In this document: positions 50,351-59,893 of the stretch, in pieces
Position numbering within the stretch: the first letter of the stretch is position 1
Layout of the letters: every line of letters starts with the position of its first letter
Assembly (NCBI GenBank): GCA_965216565.1
Contig: OZ244170.1
Coordinates: 4,992,001 to 5,056,000, forward strand
DNA from: Bythopirellula sp.
GTDB lineage: Bacteria > Planctomycetota > Planctomycetia > Pirellulales > Lacipirellulaceae
Reading direction: 5' to 3'
DNA: 64,000 bases
Translations under genes and position numbers: made by a program
The notes under the pieces: generated by a model
The model's input: the letters and a program-made list of their open reading frames with translations, nothing else
What the model was told of the DNA's origin: nothing
The model's database searches: none

Positions 50351-51244
50351 GAGTGGCTCGTCACCTATTAGATGTCAATTTATTGGATTACTTACGTATT
50401 GGACTACTTACTTGAGCAGTGGGAAGTCGCGTCCGGCCTGAGTGTTTAGCAGACGCATTTAGCTCAATGAAAGTTCGACCGAGAAGTATAAGCGTTCGCT
50501 AGTAACGCAACTACCGTAATGAGCGTGAGCTGTTGTCACGAGTGAATACAAAGTTGACTTTGCCAGCGAAAAGAAGGGTTCCTTAGTCCCCCCTGGGATT
50601 GGCAAACAACGGGCGGGACAGTCTATGACACACCGTTGTCACCTTGGTGGTAAGCAAGATCCAAGTGGCATTAAGCGAGCGAAATCGCATCGAGACGCGG
50701 TTTTATCTGATCTTGTGGCCCCGTGTCTCGCCAAAGCGAAAATGGGGTGGTTTTTCACCAAACGAGCACCGAGGAAAGTAAGAAAATTCTCAAAATTCCC
50801 GCAACCGGCCATTGGTCGTAAGTTGTTAGGAGTAAAGCAGAAAATGGAATTCTTCGCCCATTCTGGCCCCCTTTCCTAAAAAAACTCTATTTCTTGACAT
50901 GCAAAACTGTTGCAAGCCGCTTATTCCTTGGTAAAGTGTGAGGAGGAATGGCAGACATTGTGTCAGCCAGACGGGAATCTTATCTTTCTAGCGACTCGAG
51001 AGATTAATACCACGGCGACAGCAGGTTATAAATCACTTGTGTCGACCCGAGTCCGTATGAATTAAAGGACGGGGTCGCATCACGCGTGGGGCAGGCTTCT
51101 TCGCTATAAGATAAGCATTTTTTTGTTGCGTGAGATTAACCGTATAGTTGACCCTTTAACCATTCATCCCCCAACAAACTAACTAATCAGTATCTCGCTT
51201 AGGATTAATTCGACCTCATGAGACGGGGAATTGGAGTAATGAAC

Positions 51245-52108
51245 ATGAAACATTGTCTGATATTGTCTATGTGCGCTGTCGCTCTGGCAGCTTTTGGCAT
51301 CAACGCCGCAAATGCCGGCGTCGATGTAGCTCTTAACCTAAACTACGTTGATCCCGCCGATCCCAACGACGGTGGATCTTGGACTCTGGTAGCCAAGTCT
51401 GACAATGCGAATGGCATCGCCGGACTAGTAGTACGAATTGAAGACGGCACAATTCCAGCCGCTGGAACCGTCGATGCTGGCATTGGCCATTCCATCAACA
51501 GCGGAGTCCTTCAAATTGGTACCTTCACCGATCCGAATGGCCCGGACTTCGTTGAATTTGTTTACGGTCAAGACCCGAATGCCGGGCTTGTCGGAAACGT
51601 CGGTCTTGCTGCTGCTGCATCCAACCAGGGTCCTGATCCTCTGGGCAATTCCGTCTGGGACGATGCAACAGTTATTGCAACTGGATCCTTCCTTGACGTT
51701 CGTCCGCTAGCTGTTCTGGCAGCTGCTACTGAAATTGATCCTAATGGAGCCATCATTGGTTCTAGTATCAACACTTTCAACATTCGCGGCGATTCGCTTA
51801 ACACGCTCGGGTTGGAAGATCCAAATGGTGCTGGTCTGCTCGCAGGTGATACAGACCGCGATAACGACGTCGACATTGCTGACCTTGGTACCTTGGCTGG
51901 TTCCTTGGCTGGTGGCGTAGGCGGATGGAACGACGGCGACACCGATGGTGACGGCGACGTTGACATTGCTGACCTTGGTGCTCTGGCTGCTAGCTTGGCT
52001 GTCGGTTCCGGCACACCTGCTGCAGTTGGTGCTGTTCCTGAGCCAACCACAGCACTGCTCGCTCTGTTTGGAGTTGCTCCTTGGGCTCTCCGCCGACGAC
52101 GAGCGTAG
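51245..52108 (+). CDS. PEP-CTERM surface protein with dockerin/EF-hand-like pair
   Basis: Signal peptide ending ANA, GDTDRDNDVDIADL and GDTDGDGDVDIADL, then VPEP-TM-RRRRA. Start 51245 or 51239. Confidence 0.88.
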   Translation: MKHCLILSMCAVALAAFGINAANAGVDVALNLNYVDPADPNDGGSWTLVAKSDNANGIAGLVVRIEDGTIPAAGTVDAGIGHSINSGVLQIGTFTDPNGPDFVEFVYGQDPNAGLVGNVGLAAAASNQGPDPLGNSVWDDATVIATGSFLDVRPLAVLAAATEIDPNGAIIGSSINTFNIRGDSLNTLGLEDPNGAGLLAGDTDRDNDVDIADLGTLAGSLAGGVGGWNDGDTDGDGDVDIADLGALAASLAVGSGTPAAVGAVPEPTTALLALFGVAPWALRRRRA

Positions 52109-52243
52109 GTTTAGTAACTAATCAGTTTGTTTCGGAACGAACTGAGGCACTTATAGTTAATTTGGTTAATGTGATCCTGCGAAGAAAGATAGTATCTGTT
52201 TCTGCACGATCGAAACATTTGTAATTCATGAGGATGTGATCTA

Positions 52244-52909
52244 ATGAAAAAACTTGTCGCACTAGCTATTGTAGCTACGCTTGTATTGGGTGTATCCAGC
52301 GCAAACGCGTTGATTATCACGGGTAACCTCACACCATCTGGTCAGGTAAACGACGCCTTCGGTGGCGGCTTGGGTGTGCTTGACGTGTACACAATCGTTG
52401 CCGATAACACGGTAGCTAACGGTGGTACAGGCACACCTGTAACTGCTATGGACCTCACGTTCGATGGTATTTTCGCCCAGGTGCAGAATGCTACCTTTGG
52501 AACGAACACCCCATCCCCGAAGCAATCTGACGTAGCTGCGTTTGGTCCTGATGCTCTTGCTCAAGACACACACTTCCTTCCAACGCTCGTTGAGCCAGGT
52601 CCACCGATTCCACCACCAACAGAAGGTATTATCACCAATGGGGCTCCCGGCAGTGGATTGGCCTCTGGACTACTCAGTAGCCAAGTTGCCATTGGTGGTT
52701 TAGACCAAGCTGAAGCTGTAGCAATCGCTCAGATTGTTGTTCAGGCTGGTACAGTACCAGCTGGTACCTTCCAAGGTACAATTGCTATCGCTGGAAACTC
52801 CACTCCAATTCCAGTCGCTGGAGTCATCGGCGTTCCTGAGCCAGGCACAATCGCTCTGGCTGGCTTGAGCCTTGTTGGGTTCTTGGCCAACCGTCGTCGT
52901 CTTGTCTAA
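52244..52909 (+). CDS. PEP-CTERM protein, AQDTH/PPTEG domain family
   Basis: GAGG RBS, signal peptide ending ANA and VPEP-TM-RRR. Confidence 0.9.
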   Translation: MKKLVALAIVATLVLGVSSANALIITGNLTPSGQVNDAFGGGLGVLDVYTIVADNTVANGGTGTPVTAMDLTFDGIFAQVQNATFGTNTPSPKQSDVAAFGPDALAQDTHFLPTLVEPGPPIPPPTEGIITNGAPGSGLASGLLSSQVAIGGLDQAEAVAIAQIVVQAGTVPAGTFQGTIAIAGNSTPIPVAGVIGVPEPGTIALAGLSLVGFLANRRRLV

Positions 52910-52967
52910 GACAAGCAACGATATGAGTTAGATTGATCGGAGTTAGATCAGTCAACATGTAAGTTTC

Positions 52968-53005
52968 AAAGGTTCCCTCGTCTACGGGCGAGGGAACCTT
53001 TTTTT
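52968..53005 (+). terminator. Rho-independent terminator
   Basis: AAAGGTTCCCTCGTC-tacg-GGCGAGGGAACCTTT followed by a T run. Confidence 0.9.
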
Positions 53006-53210
53006 GTTTCTGCCCTAATTTTCTTCGACCCTCTTCTTGCACATTCAAAAGGCTATCTCTGAATCGGATTAGGGCGGTTTTGCAAGGGCATGATTTTCAT
53101 ATCCAAGAGTGTGTTGAAATGGCGTAAGGACGAATTGGTGGGCAGTGTCTAAAATGGAATACGGAGACGCGAAGAACTCGTATGGGTACAGGTACGGAGC
53201 AGAAGAAACT

Positions 53211-55229
53211 ATGAGTTCAGAAGATCAGGCATTCCTTCTTTCCCAGCTACGCTCAGTGCTAACAGTGTGCGTTGTATACATGCTGGCGGGTCTAACAGCG
53301 TTGTGTATCCAGTTGGAATCACGAGCGCAAACGTTCATTGACGTAACTGCAGGTGCGGGGATAAACCACACTCAAATTCCCGGCCCTCCAGGTCCATTCT
53401 CAGACCGAATGAGTGGCGGCGCAACAGCTGCCGACTTCAATGGCGATGGTTGGATCGATCTATTCGCGACGCGGATGAACGGGACCGACATGATGTACAT
53501 GAACAATGGGAACGGCACTTTCACCGATGTATCGGCCGGAGCTGGCTTTACCATACCGACGAAAACAAATGGGGCGGCAGCTGGCGATATCGACAATGAT
53601 GGCGATCTGGATTTGTACGTGACCTCCGTTTTTACCGATCAATACTATTTGTATATCAACGATGGCCTGGGAGGTTTCACCGAACAAGCTGTGGCTCGTA
53701 ATGCAGATGTTGACATCGACCCAGCTTTCTCGGGCAGTCGTCGTGGAAATAGTGTTTCGTTTGGAGATTACGATAGAGACGGCTACTTAGACATCCATAC
53801 CAACGACTGGGGACACCGTCTCACACCAGGTGGCGAGGTTCCAGACAGCTACACCGGTGCACGCCTGTTGAGGAACCTCGGTGGAGGCTCTGCCGGTTAC
53901 TTTGAAGACACAACGCTAGCCGCGGGGGTATCTCTAGCAACCGACCAGGCCTATACCGCGGATGGCACGATTTTTAAGGGAGTATGGTCGTTTTCGTCCC
54001 GCTTTGTTGATATCGACAAGGATGGTTGGGATGACTTGCTCGTGGCGGGAGACTTTCATTCCAGCCGGCTGTTTTGGAACAATGGAGACGGAACGTTTTC
54101 TGACGGTACGGCCACCTCGGGGGTGGCAACGGACGAGAATGGCATGGGATCGGCTGTCGGGGATTACGACGGCGATGGCGACTACGACTGGTTTGTTACC
54201 TCGATCCATGACCCAAACGAACCTTGCGACGATGGATCGTGTACTTGGGATGGATCGGGAAATCGACTCTACCGCTACGATGGCAATCGCCAGTTTAGTG
54301 ACCAAACAGATTCCGCTGGGGTACGCGATGGCGGCTGGGGGTGGGGGGCTGTGTGGCTCGATTACGACAACGACGGCGATCTCGATCTGTCGATGACCAA
54401 CGGCGTCGATTTCCTTGGCTACAACGATCCAGCCGACGAAGATTACCAATTCAATACCGATCAGATGAGACTTTGGCGGAATGATGGGGCGGGCAGCTTC
54501 ACAGAAGTCGCTACTGCCGAAGGGCTCACCGATACTGGTTCAGGCAAGGCACTGCTCAGCTTCGACTACGACAACGATGGCGACCTCGACTTGTTCAATG
54601 TCAACAACATTGGCGCACCGGTCCTTTATCGGAACGACACAATCAACACGAGCGGAAGCAATGGCAATGCCTGGCTGAAGATCGAAACGGTTGGCAACAT
54701 TAGCAATAAGGATGGCATCGGAGCACAAATTGTCATCGATCCCAATAGTAACGTCGCGGGTGACGAGATCTATCGCGATGTAAACGGTGGCAGCCATTAT
54801 CTGGCGCAGAGTGACATGACTGTGCATGTTGGACTTGGCAACCTGGCGGGTACTATCGATTCGATTTCCATCACTTGGCCCAGCGGTTATACGCAAGAGT
54901 TTACGAATGTGTCCCCCAACCAATTAGTCACGATTACTGAAGGGCTCTTAGCTGATTTCGACAACGACGACGATGTTGACGGAAGCGACCTGGCCTACTG
55001 GTCTTCCAACTACGGCATGTCCACGGGGGCAACGCGTGCCGACGGTGATGCCGATGGCGATGGTGACGTCGACGGCGAAGATTTTCTTCTTTGGCAGATG
55101 CAACATGGCATGTCAGTGAGCAGCGGCATGTCCCTGTCCGCGACAATTACGAGCGTTCCCGAACCGACCTCGGCTGTGCTGTTTGTAAGCATTTCGCTAC
55201 TTCACGCAGGTCGTCGGCGGAAAATTTGA
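53211..55229 (+). CDS. CRTAC1-like FG-GAP/VCBS propeller + ASPIC/UnbV + dockerin-like + PEP-CTERM protein
   Basis: Many DxDxDGxxD repeats, DGIGA..YLAQS..HVGLG..ITWPSG (ASPIC/UnbV), GDADGDGDVDGEDFLLWQ and VPEP-TM-RRRK. Start uncertain (53145-53280). Confidence 0.9.
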   Translation: MSSEDQAFLLSQLRSVLTVCVVYMLAGLTALCIQLESRAQTFIDVTAGAGINHTQIPGPPGPFSDRMSGGATAADFNGDGWIDLFATRMNGTDMMYMNNGNGTFTDVSAGAGFTIPTKTNGAAAGDIDNDGDLDLYVTSVFTDQYYLYINDGLGGFTEQAVARNADVDIDPAFSGSRRGNSVSFGDYDRDGYLDIHTNDWGHRLTPGGEVPDSYTGARLLRNLGGGSAGYFEDTTLAAGVSLATDQAYTADGTIFKGVWSFSSRFVDIDKDGWDDLLVAGDFHSSRLFWNNGDGTFSDGTATSGVATDENGMGSAVGDYDGDGDYDWFVTSIHDPNEPCDDGSCTWDGSGNRLYRYDGNRQFSDQTDSAGVRDGGWGWGAVWLDYDNDGDLDLSMTNGVDFLGYNDPADEDYQFNTDQMRLWRNDGAGSFTEVATAEGLTDTGSGKALLSFDYDNDGDLDLFNVNNIGAPVLYRNDTINTSGSNGNAWLKIETVGNISNKDGIGAQIVIDPNSNVAGDEIYRDVNGGSHYLAQSDMTVHVGLGNLAGTIDSISITWPSGYTQEFTNVSPNQLVTITEGLLADFDNDDDVDGSDLAYWSSNYGMSTGATRADGDADGDGDVDGEDFLLWQMQHGMSVSSGMSLSATITSVPEPTSAVLFVSISLLHAGRRRKI

Positions 55230-55302
55230 CAGGTTCTTAGCTAATGGACTAGACTCTGTTCCTGAGGGCAGTTCCGCAGGCTGACTGATTCACGGGGATG
55301 TC

Positions 55303-55983
55303 ATGCTGCGTGGCACAGTGATTCTATGCGTCTATTGTGTGCTCGGATCCGCTTACGGCTTTCAATCGTCGCGGGCGACAGGCCACCGTTTGCCAGCGTT
55401 TCAGGTCCCCGACACGCTGGGTGATTTGGGAGGTGGCATGTTGGACGTGTACCAGATTTATGTTCACGCTCCGGATTCGTTTACAAAGATCACGGCCTTG
55501 GTCGTCAGCTTTGAAGGCGAATTTGCCCAGGTGCAGCGAGATATCTTCGGCACGCATCTTCCGACGCCGCTGCTCTCCGATCTTGATGGCTTTGATCCGG
55601 CGTTCATTGCTCAGGATACGCACTTCGCAGCATCCCTCATCGTCCTCGGGTCTCCTATTCCCCCGCCGACCGAGGGCATGATTACACCCCCTTTGGGTTT
55701 TGATGGTAGTGGCTTAGCTCGAGACTTGAACAGCAGTCAAGTTGGCATTGCGGGGCCTGATCAGGCACCGACCGTGCTCGTCGCCCAAATTGTATTTCCC
55801 GCCGGCACGGTGAACGGAACTTTTGATGGGCTGTTTGCCGTCGCAGGCAACGCAGGTCAGTCTTTTTCATTTTGTGGTACCTTTGGTGTGCCCGAACCGA
55901 ATTCGGCGGTGTATGCCCTCTTGTCTACGCTTCTGTATGCTACCCACCGACGTCAGTTCTTTGACTGCCCGGGAGGATTGTGA
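55303..55983 (+). CDS. PEP-CTERM protein, AQDTH/PPTEG domain family
   Basis: AQDTHF, PIPPPTEG, GSGLA and VPEP-TM-HRR. Confidence 0.85.
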   Translation: MLRGTVILCVYCVLGSAYGFQSSRATGHRLPAFQVPDTLGDLGGGMLDVYQIYVHAPDSFTKITALVVSFEGEFAQVQRDIFGTHLPTPLLSDLDGFDPAFIAQDTHFAASLIVLGSPIPPPTEGMITPPLGFDGSGLARDLNSSQVGIAGPDQAPTVLVAQIVFPAGTVNGTFDGLFAVAGNAGQSFSFCGTFGVPEPNSAVYALLSTLLYATHRRQFFDCPGGL

Positions 55984-56073
55984 TAATTTGCACAGACGAC
56001 CCATTTCTAAGAAGCCAGACCGGTTGCCATGAATTCAAGCGGACAAAGACTACTATGTTGGACGGGAGTCGAA

Positions 56074-56763
56074 GTGAAGAAGTCCATTGCGGCCGTGACA
56101 CTTTTCCTATTGCTTACTCTGTGTGTCTCCAGCGTTCAAGCGTTGATCATTACTGGCCATTTTGCTCCTTCTGGCTTTACTAGTGATGCGTTTGGTGGTG
56201 GCCTGGGTGCTTTGGATGTCTATACCATTGTCGCTGATAATTCGATTACCAACGGCGGCACGGGTACAGCGATCACGGCCTTTGACCTGTCATTCTACGG
56301 CACGTTTGCCCAGGTGCAGAATGCTACGTTCGGCACGAATATCCCGTCGCCTAAGCGTGCCGATGTTGCGCCCTTTGGTGCTCAGGCGCTTGCTCAAGAT
56401 ACTCATTTTCTTCCTGCGTTACTTGAGCCAGGCCCACCAATTCCAGGTCCAACCGAAGGTGTGATTACCAACGGAGTTCCTGGCAGTGGCTTAGCTTACG
56501 GCCTAACCAGTAATCAAGTTGCGATCGCTGGTCCCGATCAGTCGGACTGGATCGCGATTGCTCAAATTGTTGTTCCAGCTGGTACGATCCCCGTTGGTAC
56601 TTTTGATGGTTCGATTGCCATTGGTGGCAACTCGACTCCAATTCCAGTCGCCGGAACAATTCCCGCCCCCGAGCCAGCAGCAGCGTTACTCGCGATGTTG
56701 TGTAGCGGTTGTTTAATGCTGCGGCGAGAGCGGAGCTTGGACGAGGCGCCAAAATCAATGTAG
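56074..56763 (+). CDS. PEP-CTERM protein, AQDTH/PPTEG domain family
   Basis: GGGAG before GTG 56074 (alternative start 56029), signal peptide ending VQA and APEP-TM-RRER. Confidence 0.85.
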   Translation: MKKSIAAVTLFLLLTLCVSSVQALIITGHFAPSGFTSDAFGGGLGALDVYTIVADNSITNGGTGTAITAFDLSFYGTFAQVQNATFGTNIPSPKRADVAPFGAQALAQDTHFLPALLEPGPPIPGPTEGVITNGVPGSGLAYGLTSNQVAIAGPDQSDWIAIAQIVVPAGTIPVGTFDGSIAIGGNSTPIPVAGTIPAPEPAAALLAMLCSGCLMLRRERSLDEAPKSM

Positions 56764-56971
56764 GATCAGTTCGGTAAACAACTGCAGGTAGAGATAAGAG
56801 GATACAATCCAGTAAGTAGACATATCTCTTACGCTCCACTATTAATGACGCTCACGCTGCTGGGTGTGATGCCCCTTTTGCTTGTGCGCGTTGCGATAAA
56901 ACGAAGAAGTTGGGCATCTTCATGTAGGTGAATAGAATAGCTGGAGTTACTGATCAATTAGGAGGTGAGAT

Positions 56972-57631
56972 ATGCGGATCCCTTTGTCTATAGTCATTGT
57001 TAGTCTTGCTTTGTCGCTTTTTATGGCCGTTTCCTGTGCATACGCTTGGCGACTCACCGGGGCTCACTCCGGTCGTACTTATGATGCGTTCAATGGTGGC
57101 CTTGGGGCACTTGATGTGTGGACGATCGTTGCCGACAACTCCATCGCAAACGGTGGAACGGGGGCTCCCATTATTGGTTTTGACCTGACTTTCTGGGGCG
57201 AGTTTGTCCAGTTTCAAGATGGCAGTTTCGGTACAAATATTCCTACTCCCAGAAATTCTGATATCGTCAGATTTGATGCTCAGGCGCTCGCTCAAGACAC
57301 TCACTTCCTGCCTGATTTAGTTGAATTTGGTCCTCCAATACCACCTCCAACAGAGGGGGTTCTCTCTTTTGGTTATCCCGGTAGCGGTTTGGCCTCTGGT
57401 CTAACCAGCAATCAGGTCGCAATCGCTACTCACGATCAAGCGGCTGTTGTCGCGATCGCTCAGCTAGTGGTTCTAAGTGGCACTTATCCTGTAACTACAT
57501 TCGACAAGGAAGGGACTATCACAGTCGCTGGTGACCTAGGTCCCATTGTACTCACGTTTCCCGAGCCCTCGTCGGCGCTGCTCGCGATGTTGTGCAGTGG
57601 TTCTTTGATTCTGCCGCGGGGGCGTAGGTGA
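56972..57631 (+). CDS. PEP-CTERM protein, AQDTH/PPTEG domain family
   Basis: AGGAGG RBS, signal peptide ending AYA and FPEP-TM-RGRR. Confidence 0.87.
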   Translation: MRIPLSIVIVSLALSLFMAVSCAYAWRLTGAHSGRTYDAFNGGLGALDVWTIVADNSIANGGTGAPIIGFDLTFWGEFVQFQDGSFGTNIPTPRNSDIVRFDAQALAQDTHFLPDLVEFGPPIPPPTEGVLSFGYPGSGLASGLTSNQVAIATHDQAAVVAIAQLVVLSGTYPVTTFDKEGTITVAGDLGPIVLTFPEPSSALLAMLCSGSLILPRGRR

Positions 57632-57684
57632 ATAGTGACGTTCGACCGATGACCAAGTAGAATAGCATACAGCAACCCATCTCT

Positions 57685-58368
57685 GTGAGGGTAGATCCAA
57701 TAAAGCTCCGTCTTATGCTCGTGGCACTATTCCTAACGCTCACACTTGGCATTTCTAACACCAAGGCGTTAATCATCACTGGCACTCTTGCTCCTTCCGG
57801 CTCTGTTAGTGATGCGTTTGGTGGTGGCCTGGGTGCTTTGGATGTCTATACCATTGTCGCTGATAATTCGATTGCCAACGGCGGCACGGGTACAGCGATC
57901 ACGGCCTTCGACCTGACATTTAACGGCACGTTTGCCCAGGTGCAGAATGCTGCGTTCGGCACGAATATCCCGTCGCCTAAGCGTGCCGATGTTGCGCCCT
58001 TTGGTGCTCAGGCGCTTGCTCAAGATACTCATTTTCTTCCTGCGTTACTTGAGCCAGGCCCACCAATTCCAGGTCCAACCGAAGGTGTGATTACCAACGG
58101 AGTTCCTGGCAGTGGCTTAGCTTACGGCCTAACCAGTAATCAAGTTACGATCTCTGGTCTAGATCAGTCGGACGTGGTCGCGATTGCTCAGCTAGTCGTG
58201 CCCCCTGGTTCTTGCCAACCATTTAGCGGCGACGCGTTGATTGTCATCGCCGGTAATCCGAATCCAATCCCCGTGTCCCTTTTTCCAGTTTGTCCCGAGC
58301 CCTCGTCGGCGCTGCTCGCCCTACTGTGCAGTGGTTGCCTGGCCTTGCGATGCTCGAAGAAAATTTGA
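57685..58368 (+). CDS. PEP-CTERM protein, AQDTH/PPTEG domain family
   Basis: Signal peptide ending TKA and CPEP-TM-RCSKK. Core near-identical to the 56074 gene. Confidence 0.85.
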   Translation: MRVDPIKLRLMLVALFLTLTLGISNTKALIITGTLAPSGSVSDAFGGGLGALDVYTIVADNSIANGGTGTAITAFDLTFNGTFAQVQNAAFGTNIPSPKRADVAPFGAQALAQDTHFLPALLEPGPPIPGPTEGVITNGVPGSGLAYGLTSNQVTISGLDQSDVVAIAQLVVPPGSCQPFSGDALIVIAGNPNPIPVSLFPVCPEPSSALLALLCSGCLALRCSKKI

Positions 58369-58420
58369 CAGCCTGAGGCCAATCAGCTAGTCTCCACAGA
58401 CTGACGGGTCTTTGCCTTCC

Positions 58421-58437
58421 TTGGCACCCTTATTGCC
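58421..58437 (+). promoter_or_regulatory. Sigma54 (-24/-12) promoter
   Basis: TTGGCACCCTTATTGCC matches TGGCAC-N5-TTGC, about 137 bp upstream of the 58574 gene. Confidence 0.72.
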
Positions 58438-58573
58438 TAGATTATTTCTGCTTTGCCAGTGAACACCGCCTGAGATCCCTGCCGCGTAGCTAAGCTGCCT
58501 TCAGGGATGGCTATTGTCTCGGTTCTTCTAGTTCGCTGTTACTTTCACTGGTTATTTAGAGGAATGATGATTC

Positions 58574-59893
58574 ATGTCGAGAGTATGTTTGTTTGCCGGT
58601 TTTGTGCTTTGTATTGTCCATCTAGAGACAACTTCTCAAGCCCAGAGTGTTAGCGTATCCGGCCCGGTGATAGTTCCGGATTCATTGGGCGGCATTGGTT
58701 TCGAACTGGAGCAATATCGGGTGACACTGCATAGTGACGATCCGAATGTGAAGGTAACAGGATTTAACACTCAATTCGTTGGTACACTAGCACAAGTGCA
58801 GAATTTTGCTTTTAGCAATCCCCCGGCGCAACCGACACCTCAGTTTGAAGATGCCGTGCCATTAGGATTGGATGCGATCGCCCAGGACTCACATTTCGTC
58901 GGTGGCTTGATCATTGAAGACCCTCCAAATCTGCCTCCTGTGGAAGGGCCAATATTGAACCTTACGAAGCCTGACAGCGGATTAGCGGAGGGTCTTCTCA
59001 GCAATCTCGTCTCCATTGATCCTAACATACAAGCTCCGTCTCTTCAGATTGCCCAAATCGTACTAGCACCTGGTACTGTAGTGACCATGACTGGCGAAGT
59101 ATTTCTCAACGAAAACGAGGAGCCAATCACCCTCGAGCCTGTCCGGATTGGCGTACCCGAGCCAGGAAGCATCTTTCTTATCCTCCTGGGGAGCATGGTA
59201 TTCGCGCACCGAATATCGCGTAAATCAGCAACGGTAGCCAGTTTTTTCCTGGTTTGTTTACTTTTGAGTAGTCCGGTCACAGCGCAGAGTGTAAGCGTCT
59301 CGGGCCCGGTGATCGTGCCGGATTCACTGGGTGGCATCGGGTTCGATCTTGAGCAATATCGGGTGTCGTTGCACAGCGATGATCCGAACACATATGTGAC
59401 GGCATTCTCATTGATGTTTCACGGTCAGCTTGCTCAGGCCCAATTGGAATCTTTCGGACAAGCTCAGATGAGTGTGGAGCAACGGCATTTAGAAGGTTTC
59501 ACATCCGAACAATTGGCCCAAGATTCTCACTTGCTGGTTCAGCAAATCCTGTCAGGCTGTCCTTGTCCCGGGCCAATGGAGGGTACGATTCTGGATACGG
59601 ATGCTCCTGGCAGTGGGTTTGCTGCCAATCTCATCACATATCCTCAGGCAATTCCTGGGCCGTTGCAGACACCCTCCATCGAACTCGTTCAAGTCGTCCT
59701 AGCTCCTGGAACCAAGGTACGACTAACTGGAAGACTTGCAATCTCGGGCCATCCAGAATCGATCGAATTGCCAACGACGTACATCGGTGTCCCTGAGCCT
59801 GGAGCGATCGGCTTGGTATTAGCCTTGGTCGTGCTTTTGACCCCTTCTAAGCTAAGATCACGACTCCCGCAGCAGAGGTACCCAACGAAATAG
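58574..59893 (+). CDS. Tandem double PEP-CTERM protein (two complete signal-domain-VPEP units in one ORF)
   Basis: AQSVSVSGPVIVPDSLGGIGF occurs twice. An internal GVPEPG-TM-HRISRK is followed by a second signal-like helix, and there is a terminal GVPEPG-TM. Confidence 0.87.
   Translation: MSRVCLFAGFVLCIVHLETTSQAQSVSVSGPVIVPDSLGGIGFELEQYRVTLHSDDPNVKVTGFNTQFVGTLAQVQNFAFSNPPAQPTPQFEDAVPLGLDAIAQDSHFVGGLIIEDPPNLPPVEGPILNLTKPDSGLAEGLLSNLVSIDPNIQAPSLQIAQIVLAPGTVVTMTGEVFLNENEEPITLEPVRIGVPEPGSIFLILLGSMVFAHRISRKSATVASFFLVCLLLSSPVTAQSVSVSGPVIVPDSLGGIGFDLEQYRVSLHSDDPNTYVTAFSLMFHGQLAQAQLESFGQAQMSVEQRHLEGFTSEQLAQDSHLLVQQILSGCPCPGPMEGTILDTDAPGSGFAANLITYPQAIPGPLQTPSIELVQVVLAPGTKVRLTGRLAISGHPESIELPTTYIGVPEPGAIGLVLALVVLLTPSKLRSRLPQQRYPTK

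Noticed and set aside
50351..50420. E. coli-type thrS anticodon-mimic operator or T-box
   Set aside because: ACGUAA is present on the mRNA strand but no enclosing stem is evident, and there is no T-box consensus.
56181..58146. Diversity-generating retroelement TR/VR pair
   Set aside because: The six differences (A/G, T/C, T/A, C/T, T/A, A/G) are not confined to adenines of one copy, both copies are coding, and no reverse transcriptase is in the window.
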